Assembly (NCBI GenBank): GCA_964438425.1
Contig: CAYTKM010000002.1
Location: forward strand, 92,495 to 156,494
Direction: 5' to 3'
DNA from: an uncultured Gammaproteobacteria bacterium
Lineage (GTDB): Bacteria > Cyanobacteriota > Vampirovibrionia > LMEP-6097
Length of the DNA: 64,000 nucleotides
Below, piece after piece: positions 41,235 through 50,003 of the stretch. Made by a program: the position numbers and the translations under genes. Under the pieces are notes generated by a model. The model had not been told where the DNA came from. It made no database searches and saw only the letters and a program-made list of their open reading frames with translations. Position 1 is the stretch's first letter; every line of letters begins with the position of its first letter.

Positions 41235-41333
41235 GTTATCTATATGCCACATACAATGTGATCTAGAATACAGCGTTTAATATAGTGTATACGGTTGATT
41301 TAGCTTATGGAAGCATGGCTACTACCCTGTAAA

Positions 41334-41442
41334 TTTATAAAAAATTTCTAAAAAAGTGCTAAATTTAGAAAAATATTCTAAAAAATGACAAAATTTAGAA
41401 TTAATTTCTAAATTTTGTAAAATCTGTAAAAAGTGTTTAAAA
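41334..41442. repeat. array C: four TTTA(G/T)AA-N5-TTCTAAA boxes, about 30-bp period
   Basis: Boxes at 41334, 41364, 41394 and a degenerate one at about 41423; located between the nadD stop and fliL start. Confidence 0.85.
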
Positions 41443-41512
41443 TATAATTTTAGTCAGTCAGATAAACTAAAAGTAACTTTGATACTATGCTTTTTTATTC
41501 TCTAGTAGTATT

Positions 41513-42355
41513 TTAACTATCACCATAATATTTATAAATAAGCTTTTTAGTTGTTTCAGGAAGTTCTGCGAGTATAACTGAACTGTGATCTGAAGCTGAC
41601 TTAAAACTTTCTCTTAGTTCACTAGAGCTAATGTTTATCGGTGCGTTTTTTAGTAAAATATATTTTAAATCTTTTGTTGAAATTTTTTCAAAGGCTGCAT
41701 CATTTGTATTAGTTAATGTGTTTTTTTGTTTTATTAGCTTGCTAACCTCTTTATTTTCAACTCGCCTAAAATTTAGATCAAAGCTACTATTAGCTTGATT
41801 AATAGGTACAGCTGAATTTTCACCAGATCTACTATAAACTATAAAGGTTAAATTTTTAGCTAGGTAAGCATAGTTTTTCCATTTATTTAAATGTCTGAAG
41901 CTATCTTCACCTAGCAGCCAGTAAAGCTCACAGTTAGGAAAGTTTTTTTTATAATGCTGCACAGTTAAAAAACTATATGATGGCTTAGCCTTTCTGCTAG
42001 TAGTATGAGCTTCACCTGCCTGAGTGCTGATATCACTATCATTTGCTAAAGTGCCAGTATCTCCTTCCAGGGTATCTAATGAAAATTCTCGGCTTGTTTT
42101 TTCTAAAACTAAGGCTGACTTTATGATTTCAACGCGCTCTTGGAAGCTGACTTTAGATTTAGCTTTAAATGGCGAAACGTAAGCTGGCAGGAAAATTAGT
42201 TTAGTGTTATTGCTGTTACCAGAGGGTGATGTTTTAGCTGCGCCGCTGATGTGATCATACGCGGCGCGTGCCACTACTAAATGTCCGTAATGTAGTGGAT
42301 CAAATGAGCCACCGAACAAAATAATGTTTTCAGGTACTTTACTTAAATTTACCAA
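41513..42355 (-). CDS. nadD: nicotinate-nucleotide adenylyltransferase with loop insertions
   Basis: FGGSFDPLHYGHL, P...SPFK, PSYS..TV, WLLGEDSF..L.KWK, ISSSELR; follows proA. Confidence 0.9.
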   Translation of the reverse strand: MVNLSKVPENIILFGGSFDPLHYGHLVVARAAYDHISGAAKTSPSGNSNNTKLIFLPAYVSPFKAKSKVSFQERVEIIKSALVLEKTSREFSLDTLEGDTGTLANDSDISTQAGEAHTTSRKAKPSYSFLTVQHYKKNFPNCELYWLLGEDSFRHLNKWKNYAYLAKNLTFIVYSRSGENSAVPINQANSSFDLNFRRVENKEVSKLIKQKNTLTNTNDAAFEKISTKDLKYILLKNAPINISSSELRESFKSASDHSSVILAELPETTKKLIYKYYGDS

Positions 42356-42447
42356 GTGTTATTAGTGACCTTTTTAAATTTATGTAAGTGCTAGTCATTA
42401 CTTATGTAAATCTATTATTTACGGTCTAATGACTAATTTGCGGAGGT

Positions 42448-43719
42448 TTAGCGAATTTGACCGCTACCTTCGATTATATATTTATAAGTGCAAAGTTCGT
42501 TTGCGCCAATAGGTCCTCTAACATAACCTTTAGCAGTACTAATACCGATTTCAGCTCCAAAACCAAATTCTTCGCCATCAGTAAAACGAGTCGAAGCGTT
42601 TACATACACGCAGGCTGAATTGACGCCTCTAGTGAACTGGTTAGCGGCATTTATATCTTCAGTGATGATCGCATCAGAGTGACCACTAGCGTATAAATTA
42701 ATATGTTCAATAGCTTCACTTAGATTATCAACTGTTCTAATAGATAAAGTTAGGTCTAGATATTCAGTGCCCCAATCCTCATCACTCGCTAGTTCCATGT
42801 TTGGGTACATATTAAAAACATCTTGCTCAACTTTAGCAGTGATATTATGCTTAATTAGCGCCTCGGATAAAATAGGCATAATTTGATCTTTAATTTCACT
42901 GTGTAAAACCACAGACTCTAAAGCGTTACATACACTTGGTCTTTGGGTTTTAGCGTTGATAATAATATCCACAGCCTTTTCAAGATCAGCATCCTGATCA
43001 ACATACACATGGCAGTTACCGCCACCAGCACCTAAAACAGGGATAAGTGAATTTTCGGTAATAAAGTTTTTAAGTGTCTCACCACCTCGTGGAATGATTA
43101 AATCTACTTTGCCAGCAGCGCGCAATAGTAATTTAGCACTTTCTCTAGATTTATCTTTTAGAAATTGAACCGCTTCTACTGGAATCTTAGTTTCAGCTAG
43201 CGCACGGTAAACTATTTCCATAATGGCATTATTAGTATGCCAAGCTTGCTTAGAACCTCTTAAAACACATGAATTGCCAGATTTAATACAAAGAGCTATC
43301 GCGTCGGTAGTTACATTTGGGCGCGCTTCATAAATAATACCGATAGTGCCAATAGGTACCGTCACCTTTTTGATATTCATGCCATTTGGATGATTCCAGC
43401 CCGCTTCAGTTCTAGAGATTGGATCTGGGATATTGATAACTTTGCGAATGCCTTGTGCCATAGAATTGATACGTTTAGTATCTACTTTAAGTCTGTCTTT
43501 CATGGCAGAGCTTAAATGTGCGTTTTCAGGAGCATCTAAATCCTGCTGGTTAGCTTCGATAATGTAATTAACAGATTCTAAAAGTTCTCTTTCAATTAGT
43601 TCTAAAGCTTGATTTTTGTCAGCTTCATTTAATAAAGCTAAAATTGGTGCAGCGCCAGCAGCAAGCTCGATTTGCTCATTTAACTGGGCTTTAATTTCTG
43701 GGGTAATATCGGTAACCAT
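42448..43719 (-). CDS. proA: gamma-glutamyl phosphate reductase
   Basis: VPIGTIGIIYEARPNVT, LIIPRGG, GNCHVYVD, RPSVCNALE, VNASTRFTDGEEFGFGAEIGIST. Confidence 0.98.
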   Translation of the reverse strand: MVTDITPEIKAQLNEQIELAAGAAPILALLNEADKNQALELIERELLESVNYIIEANQQDLDAPENAHLSSAMKDRLKVDTKRINSMAQGIRKVINIPDPISRTEAGWNHPNGMNIKKVTVPIGTIGIIYEARPNVTTDAIALCIKSGNSCVLRGSKQAWHTNNAIMEIVYRALAETKIPVEAVQFLKDKSRESAKLLLRAAGKVDLIIPRGGETLKNFITENSLIPVLGAGGGNCHVYVDQDADLEKAVDIIINAKTQRPSVCNALESVVLHSEIKDQIMPILSEALIKHNITAKVEQDVFNMYPNMELASDEDWGTEYLDLTLSIRTVDNLSEAIEHINLYASGHSDAIITEDINAANQFTRGVNSACVYVNASTRFTDGEEFGFGAEIGISTAKGYVRGPIGANELCTYKYIIEGSGQIR

Positions 43720-43876
43720 AGTTATATTATGACATTCTAGTCGCCTGAAATCAAACTTAGACTCTTAACTAGTTGATTTGATGACCTGAATACTAGCAGT
43801 TTATAGTTAATAATAAATCAACTTAATTATCAAACTTTTATTACTCTGAAGCTCACTTTAAATATTTAGAATTAGG

Positions 43877-45669
43877 TTAAAAGTCACTTAAATTATCAAG
43901 AGTTTTAACCAAATTAATATAGTGACCTGCTGTTAATTTATTTTTAAATCTTTTATTCTGCGTGCAAGCCTGCTTTAAAAGATTTTCCCAGTTATCAGGG
44001 TTGGATAAGGGATCATATTCAGGGTCTATAGCCTGCTTTAAGTTTACCTGTGCGTGACTTAAATTCAGTGCAACGTTATTGAAATCGTAATCTTCTAATG
44101 GGGCAACTCTTTCAGTGTTTTTTAGATAGGTAAGTAAAGGAGTATCACCTAAACTATTTTTTATAAATAGCTGTTTTTTTAGATCATCGTTTTGCAAAAA
44201 CATAAATTCAAACAAATGGCTCATATTAGTTGATAGATTGAGCTTCTTTTTACTGCATTTAGCCATTATATATAAAAATTTATGTACTAAAGTGTTATCT
44301 GTGCTAAGTTTTCTTTGTTTAAACAGAGCGCCGCTAATATCTCGTGATAGTTTATCTGCTAAACGCGTGGCGCGCGAGTCACCATAAGTAATATCAGTGT
44401 GATTTGAAGTGCTACTAGTGTCATACATTAGCTGATGATTAAAGTTGTTAAGTTGACCAGAGCGATCTAAATTTTTAATAATCTCATTTAATACGTGCTT
44501 ATCTTGCTGACTATCGTAGCTCGCTATAAAAACTTCCATTAAAATGTCTACCGGGGTAAAACCTGCTTGGTTTTTATGATTTAAGTCGACTAAATCTTCT
44601 TTAGCTAGTTGAGCTATAAAGTTTTTAGTGTTTTCTACACTTTTTTCACTTAGTGATAATTTTGTAGAGTTTCTGGAATCTTCGCTTCATCAATTAAAAT
44701 TTGCAGAGCTGGCAGAGTTTCTGTTGGATCATAGTCTGGGTTATTTTTGTGAATGCTTAGGTATAAAAGTTTAAGGAATTGCTCGTCTTTATCTTTAGTT
44801 TTGCAGGCGCTGTTATACTCTTCTAGATAGTTTCGAGCTTGCTCTAAATCTTCTAAATGCTTGCTATTTCGAATAGGTAGAATATAATCTAAATCTTCAT
44901 TTAAATCTTCTATTATCTGCTTGAAGTTGCTGGCTGGCTGTAAGTTTATTTTACTTACAAGCTTTTGTAGGTTTTTTCCTGATTCACTAGATACTTTTCT
45001 TTTAATAATAATATCTATTAAATCAGGTTTTCTATCTAAAATCATTCGACAGGCACCCCAATTTTTATTTAAAGCGGCTACTGTAACTAATTCTGGTCTA
45101 ATTAAAGCTGGCTTCATTTCAAGTAATCTTAGTAAGCTAAGGTTATCTTTTTCATGAGTGAATTTATAAGCAGAAGCTGTTAAAAACTTCTCTTCAGATA
45201 TTCTTCTACCTACTGGTTTATAATCAGCTAAGGTTTTGTGATTTTCAGGGCTTACTATATTAGCTAAATCTGCTGCTTTTAACGTGTTACTCGCTTTTAG
45301 GTAGATGTCCTCTTTAAGTTCAGGTAAAAAAGTATAGAATTTAGTGCCAGTGCGCGGCTCTTCTACATAATGGACATAGTTTTGAATTAGCTTCGGGCTC
45401 TTAATTACTGCAGCTTTTTGTTGATTTAACTTATTTTCAAGTTCTTTAAATTTATTATGGAAATTGTTGATAAATTGTAAGCTGTTTTTAGTTAAATTCT
45501 TGACTGAATCTTGGTTAAATTTTTTAGCCACTGCGGCGGCGACTTTTCTATCATTTAAAGTGGATTTACCTGCTTTAAGACGCACTTTTTTAGGGGTATT
45601 TAGTGCTGACAATCTATTTTGTTTTAAGTTATAAAATCTCAAATCATTTATAGTAAGTTTTTCTGACAT
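43877..45669 (-). pseudogene. probable single degenerate ankyrin-like repeat gene split by a frameshift (ORFs 44650..45669 and 43877..44686 frame)
   Basis: The downstream frame stays open upstream of its ATG to 44686, overlaps the upstream ORF, and encodes DLVDLNHKNQAGFTPVDIL. Other ankyrin-like segments: IKNSLGDTPLL and LVTVAALNKNWGACRMILDRKPDL. Confidence 0.55.
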
Positions 45670-45847
45670 GACTTTAAAGTGTATAGCGCCTATTCTATCA
45701 AAATAATAACATTATCATGGCGCTTATTTTAAACTTAAGTGACCTAAAAGCAAAATTAACAATTTTTTTATCATTATAAGTAAAATTAATAATTGATATT
45801 AGTTGCCTTAACTATTCTTTAAGAAGCATAACTTATATCATTTATAT

Positions 45848-46198
45848 ATGTTACACACAAAAGAAGAAACAATCCTAAATGGGTTATTGAATGCGTCTAG
45901 TGAAAGACAGCAGCTACTTGCTAACAATTTAAGTGGTGCGCGCGTTGAAGGTTATGTTGGACGTGATCTGGATTTTAGTACAGTGATGGTAGATTTAAAC
46001 CACTCTAATGGCGTGGATAAAAGTAAAGAAAGTATGCTTAATCGTGCGACTTTCGAGTACGCTGAAGGTCCTATTAGCACTGAACAGGAAATGGCTAAAA
46101 TGTATAAGAATCATGTGGCTTATATATTATTAACTCGTATTAATGGTCATATTTATCAGCACATGGAAGAAGCTACGCAATCAGGGAGAGCAGCATAG
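45848..46198 (+). CDS. flgB: flagellar basal-body rod protein FlgB (divergent)
   Basis: L..GLLNASSERQQLLANNLSGA...GYVGRDLDF, EQEMAKM..N...Y; abuts flgC. Confidence 0.85.
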   Translation: MLHTKEETILNGLLNASSERQQLLANNLSGARVEGYVGRDLDFSTVMVDLNHSNGVDKSKESMLNRATFEYAEGPISTEQEMAKMYKNHVAYILLTRINGHIYQHMEEATQSGRAA

Positions 46199-46666
46199 AT
46201 GGGAACTTTATTTGATATATTGGATACGGCTAGTAATAGCTTGGCTACAGAAAGACAGGTTATGGCATATGCTGCCGATAACGTATCTAATATGTATACG
46301 CCTGGTTATAAGGCTAAAACAGCAGTCGTTGGAGCTAAAGGACGTCAACCTAGTTTCGATGAAATGGTGACAAGTTTAACAAGTGGACGTGGTCCTGGAG
46401 TAGGCTCAATGATCCTTGAAGAGCATCCAGGGATGGGCTCGATGGTAAGTCAGGTAGCTACTGATTATAGTAAAGGTTCAATGCTATATTTACCTAAGCA
46501 CCCTTTAGCTAATGGTGAAGGCTACGTAGAATCTTCAAATGTAGATGCGCCTAAAGAGTCTATTAAAATGCTTAAGGCAGTAGGTTCATATAAAACTATT
46601 TTATCTATAGTTGAAATGGTTAAAGCATCATCTAAAGAAGCTTTAAATATGACTAAAAACGCTTAG
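46199..46666 (+). CDS. flgC: flagellar basal-body rod protein FlgC
   Basis: LFDILDTASNSL..ER..M...ADNVSN, Y.PKHPLANGEGYV..SNVD. Confidence 0.92.
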   Translation: MGTLFDILDTASNSLATERQVMAYAADNVSNMYTPGYKAKTAVVGAKGRQPSFDEMVTSLTSGRGPGVGSMILEEHPGMGSMVSQVATDYSKGSMLYLPKHPLANGEGYVESSNVDAPKESIKMLKAVGSYKTILSIVEMVKASSKEALNMTKNA

Positions 46667-46731
46667 TTTTAACTAATTAACATTCATTTTATAATATCGA
46701 TAGGGATCTCATTTATTTGAGATCCTTTTTT
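46578..46731. repeat. left copy of 154-bp direct repeat (flgC 3' end plus terminator)
   Basis: Matches 48242..48395 with 2 mismatches; offset 1664 bp. Confidence 0.95.
46703..46731. terminator. terminator hairpin between flgC and the ATPase gene
   Basis: GGATCTCA-loop-TGAGATCC followed by TTTTTT. Confidence 0.8.
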
Positions 46732-46735
46732 CATT

Positions 46736-48016
46736 TTATTGCCATAAGTTAGCTATAGGTATAGCCCATAAATTGTCACCGAAGGATAATGTATGCTCGC
46801 CAGTGTATAAAACTACACCGATAAAAGTTTTATCTCGTGCCATAATATTCTTTTTAAACCAAATTAAATGTTTAAACATACTTTTATCAACATCTGAACC
46901 TGCTTTAACTTCTATACCAAGTACTTCTTCCTCTTCACTTTCAATAATAAAATCAATTTCTCTTTTTTCGCGATCACGATAATGAAATATTTCATAACGC
47001 TCAGCTTGGGCTTCTAGATCAGCCGCTAACTGATTGTAGACAAAAGTTTCAACTAATTTACCATTTAAGCTGCCATCTAGGCGCACTTTTTCAAAGCGCC
47101 AGTTTAATATGGCTGTCATCATGCCAGTATCTGAAAAAAATAATTTATCTTGTTTACCAACTCTATCATAATCTGTTTTATACCAAGGCTTGACTTTATC
47201 AACTATATATAATGCTTCTAAAGCATTAATATAGCTTTCAACTGTCGGGCGAGTCACTGACAACTTTTGACAAATACCCGAGATATCCATATACTTTGAA
47301 GACCAGGCTGCTAGCACTTTAACTAGATTGAACATAGAATCCTTTCTTCTGATGTTGGTGATATCTAATAGATCTTTAGAAAGCAGTGCATCAAGGTAGT
47401 CTTGGTGCCAAGAGCGCCTATCTTTAATTTCAGGCATTAATCTAGCCTCGGGGTAACCACCTAAGAATGCATATTTTAAGTAAGAATCTTTGGTTTCAAC
47501 TTGATGAACTTGTTTATTCGTATCGCTAGTATGCTTTTGTTCTGTGTTATTAGTTTGAAGATCTTTTCTAAAAGCTCTTTTTAAAAAAGTAGGCGCACTA
47601 TTTTTCACTTCGCCTATGCTTAAGGGTCTTAAGCGGATTTTTTTAACTCTACCAGCTAAAGATTCAGAGACTGTCGGTAAGGCTTGTATATTAGCTGAAC
47701 CTGTCAGTAAGAATCTGCCAGCTTGCTGGTTTTCGTCAACATTTTGTTTGATAGTTTGTAGTAGTTTGGGAGCTCGTTGAATTTCATCTATAATCATTAG
47801 CTCACTGCCATGACTAACAAAACTTTTAGGGTCGCTTTGAGCTGCATTTAATAGAGTTAAATCATCTAAAGTTCTATAAATGGTATTGTTGCTGGCGAGC
47901 ATTTTAGCTAAAGTGGTTTTGCCACATTGTCTTGCCCCAGTAAGTAATAGCACTCTTCTTTGATTTAGAGAATTGAGTAAAATAGATTCTTGCCAGCGTT
48001 TAAAATTTTGTATCAT
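46736..48016 (-). CDS. AAA_14 ATPase with winged helix and DUF4143 / PD-(D/E)XK-like C-terminus
   Basis: Walker A GARQCGKTT, Walker B IIDEIQ, LTGS, ESLAGR, GGYPE, HTH LSVTRPTVESYINALE, G.LVETFV, EIDFII...IEVKAG. Confidence 0.92.
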   Translation of the reverse strand: MIQNFKRWQESILLNSLNQRRVLLLTGARQCGKTTLAKMLASNNTIYRTLDDLTLLNAAQSDPKSFVSHGSELMIIDEIQRAPKLLQTIKQNVDENQQAGRFLLTGSANIQALPTVSESLAGRVKKIRLRPLSIGEVKNSAPTFLKRAFRKDLQTNNTEQKHTSDTNKQVHQVETKDSYLKYAFLGGYPEARLMPEIKDRRSWHQDYLDALLSKDLLDITNIRRKDSMFNLVKVLAAWSSKYMDISGICQKLSVTRPTVESYINALEALYIVDKVKPWYKTDYDRVGKQDKLFFSDTGMMTAILNWRFEKVRLDGSLNGKLVETFVYNQLAADLEAQAERYEIFHYRDREKREIDFIIESEEEEVLGIEVKAGSDVDKSMFKHLIWFKKNIMARDKTFIGVVLYTGEHTLSFGDNLWAIPIANLWQ

Positions 48017-48024
48017 TATAAAAC

Positions 48025-48146
48025 TATAAATAAAGTAGTCGTGATTTTTAAAACAGAAACCCCGCGATTTTTAAAGTATAGCATCCGCGAAAGTATAAAT
48101 AAAGTAGTCGCGATTTTTAAAGCAGAAACCCCGCGATTTTTAAAGT
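48025..48146. repeat. 23-bp-period CG(C/T)GA(TTTTTAAA) array upstream of the ATPase gene
   Basis: Core starts at 48040, 48063, 48086, 48109 and 48132. Higher-order 53-bp duplication at 48025-48077 and 48094-48146. Confidence 0.9.
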
Positions 48147-48241
48147 CGGGGAGTTATGTATGAAAAGATCTTTTAAACTAATTTAAAATGAACTTTTTAA
48201 ATAATATAGAGTGTAAAGTTAATATAAAAATGTATATCAAC

Positions 48242-48395
48242 CAGTAGGTTCATATAAAACTATTTTATCTATAGTTGAAATGGTTAAAGCATCATCTAAA
48301 GAAGCTTTAAATATGACTAAAAACGCTTAGTTTTAACTAATTAAAATTTATTTTATAATATCGATAGGGATCTCATTTATTTGAGATCCTTTTTT
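48242..48395. repeat. right copy of 154-bp direct repeat (orphan flgC 3' fragment plus terminator)
   Basis: Duplicates the last 89 bp of flgC and its GGATCTCA/TGAGATCC hairpin. Confidence 0.95.
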
Positions 48396-48402
48396 ATTTT
48401 AT

Positions 48403-49860
48403 TTATGCGGCTTGCGCAGCTAACATACCAGTACCATTAGTAGTATCAGGATAAAAAGCACCTTGCTGCCTTAATTGCATTATTTTTTGTGCTGAAGGAC
48501 TAGGGTTAGCTGAAAGCTTTTCAAGCATACTTGGCGCAGGATCTACACCATGATCTTTATTAAACTGCGCTTGTCCTTTAGTATCAAGTTCGATAAATAA
48601 TTTAGCCATATCTAAATAGACAGCACTTTGACGTGGGTCCTCAGGGTTTTTGCCGACTGCGTTTTGAACGAACTGATCTATATTATCTATCGGTGCAGGC
48701 TTATGTTGGAAGCCCGCCTGATGACCTGATACACCTAGGCGTTTACCATTATTAAAGATTGGTTTAATAGTGTCATCAATTAAAATAGTTGAGGTTGTAA
48801 GTTTCTTGTCACCAGTCTGCGGATCTATACTTTCAGATGGAGGCAATAAATAGTCAATCCATTTAGATGGTTTAGGTTTAGTAGTGTAAGTATAACCTTC
48901 AGTCATAAATTGCTTATCATTATAGTTTTTAAATTTTTCAGGATTAGTAGTCTTTAAATGTTGAATAATTTTAGCGTTACGTTTTTTATCTGAGCCGCGA
49001 TGTTTTGCTGCATCTAAACCAGCTTTAATACGTCCCATAAGCTTAAGGTTATTGGGAGAGTCTTTAATAGTTTTCTCTTCAGGTGTGCCTAAATGTTGTC
49101 TACCTATCTCCGAGGCGGTAGACATCTGTCCCATCTGTCTAATTAATGGGTCAGGTGAATTAGGTGAAAAGGCATTATTTATTTTAACGATACTTTTGTT
49201 ATCAGGGTTGCGACTCACTGGAATAAACTGCATTTTATGTTTGGTAAGAATGGTTTTAAACTTACCAGTTTTTTCATCTGGAACCTGCAAAACTCCACGC
49301 TGAAGATCTTGCAAAAAAGTTATCATCGGTAGATTTATCGGTACTGGTCTAACACTACCGTCTTGATCGACAGTTCTAATCCAGCTCGGTGGTACGCCTT
49401 TAGCAAGCATCTGCTCGGTGCTCATATGTTCTTCATTTTTATAGTTAATTACACCATCAAGATCGCAGCCAAAGTAGATTATCGGCTTAGCCTTCATTTC
49501 TTCTACGCTTGGAATCTGTGCAGGAATAGTTTTAGGTTGCTCTGAGCCTTTACTGAAAGGATTTAACTTACTTAAAAAGCTAGGAGCTTTATAATCAGGA
49601 TTATCCATCGGCTCATATGGTACTACGCGAGTTACCTGATCGCCGCCAGTCTGATTTAAACCAGCTGGTAGGCTATCGGGGACATTTATCTGTTCAGGTG
49701 CTGGCACGGTAGTAGATAAATTTTCTATATTAGCTCTTGAGTTACCTGAAGTAGGTGTTCTAGCAGCTGTGTTATTTAAATTTTTAGCTCTAGGAGGGGG
49801 TGCAGCCTGGGTAGCTTGCGAGGCTGAAGTTCTATTAAATATTGGAAGTTTGATTGCCAT
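48403..49860 (-). CDS. hypothetical protein with HAD-like motifs and disordered N-terminus
   Basis: IYFGCDLDGVIN (motif I), FIPVSRN (motif II), TKPKP (motif III Lys candidate), TILIDDT (motif IV). Confidence 0.65.
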   Translation of the reverse strand: MAIKLPIFNRTSASQATQAAPPPRAKNLNNTAARTPTSGNSRANIENLSTTVPAPEQINVPDSLPAGLNQTGGDQVTRVVPYEPMDNPDYKAPSFLSKLNPFSKGSEQPKTIPAQIPSVEEMKAKPIIYFGCDLDGVINYKNEEHMSTEQMLAKGVPPSWIRTVDQDGSVRPVPINLPMITFLQDLQRGVLQVPDEKTGKFKTILTKHKMQFIPVSRNPDNKSIVKINNAFSPNSPDPLIRQMGQMSTASEIGRQHLGTPEEKTIKDSPNNLKLMGRIKAGLDAAKHRGSDKKRNAKIIQHLKTTNPEKFKNYNDKQFMTEGYTYTTKPKPSKWIDYLLPPSESIDPQTGDKKLTTSTILIDDTIKPIFNNGKRLGVSGHQAGFQHKPAPIDNIDQFVQNAVGKNPEDPRQSAVYLDMAKLFIELDTKGQAQFNKDHGVDPAPSMLEKLSANPSPSAQKIMQLRQQGAFYPDTTNGTGMLAAQAA

Positions 49861-50003
49861 TAAAGAAAGATTAGCCTTAGTTAAATATTAACTTATTTAC
49901 TAGTTTATCTCTCATTTTAACTAATTAGTTGTCTATCTGTCCAGTTATATGTATATACTTACTTTAAATTTATTTAAGATTTAGCGTTTAAGACTGTCAA
50001 AGA

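Larger units (their letters stand above)
46578..48395. mobile_element. direct-repeat-bounded single-gene insertion at the flgC 3' end
   Basis: 154-bp near-identical direct repeats flank only the ATPase gene and its upstream repeat array. No integrase is present. Confidence 0.6.

Noticed and set aside
48025-48146. 23-bp-period array as a CRISPR array
   Set aside because: The unit is too short and the intervening sequences are themselves duplicated.
48242-48330. Second flgC gene
   Set aside because: Only the last 89 bp are duplicated; it is part of the direct repeat, not a gene.
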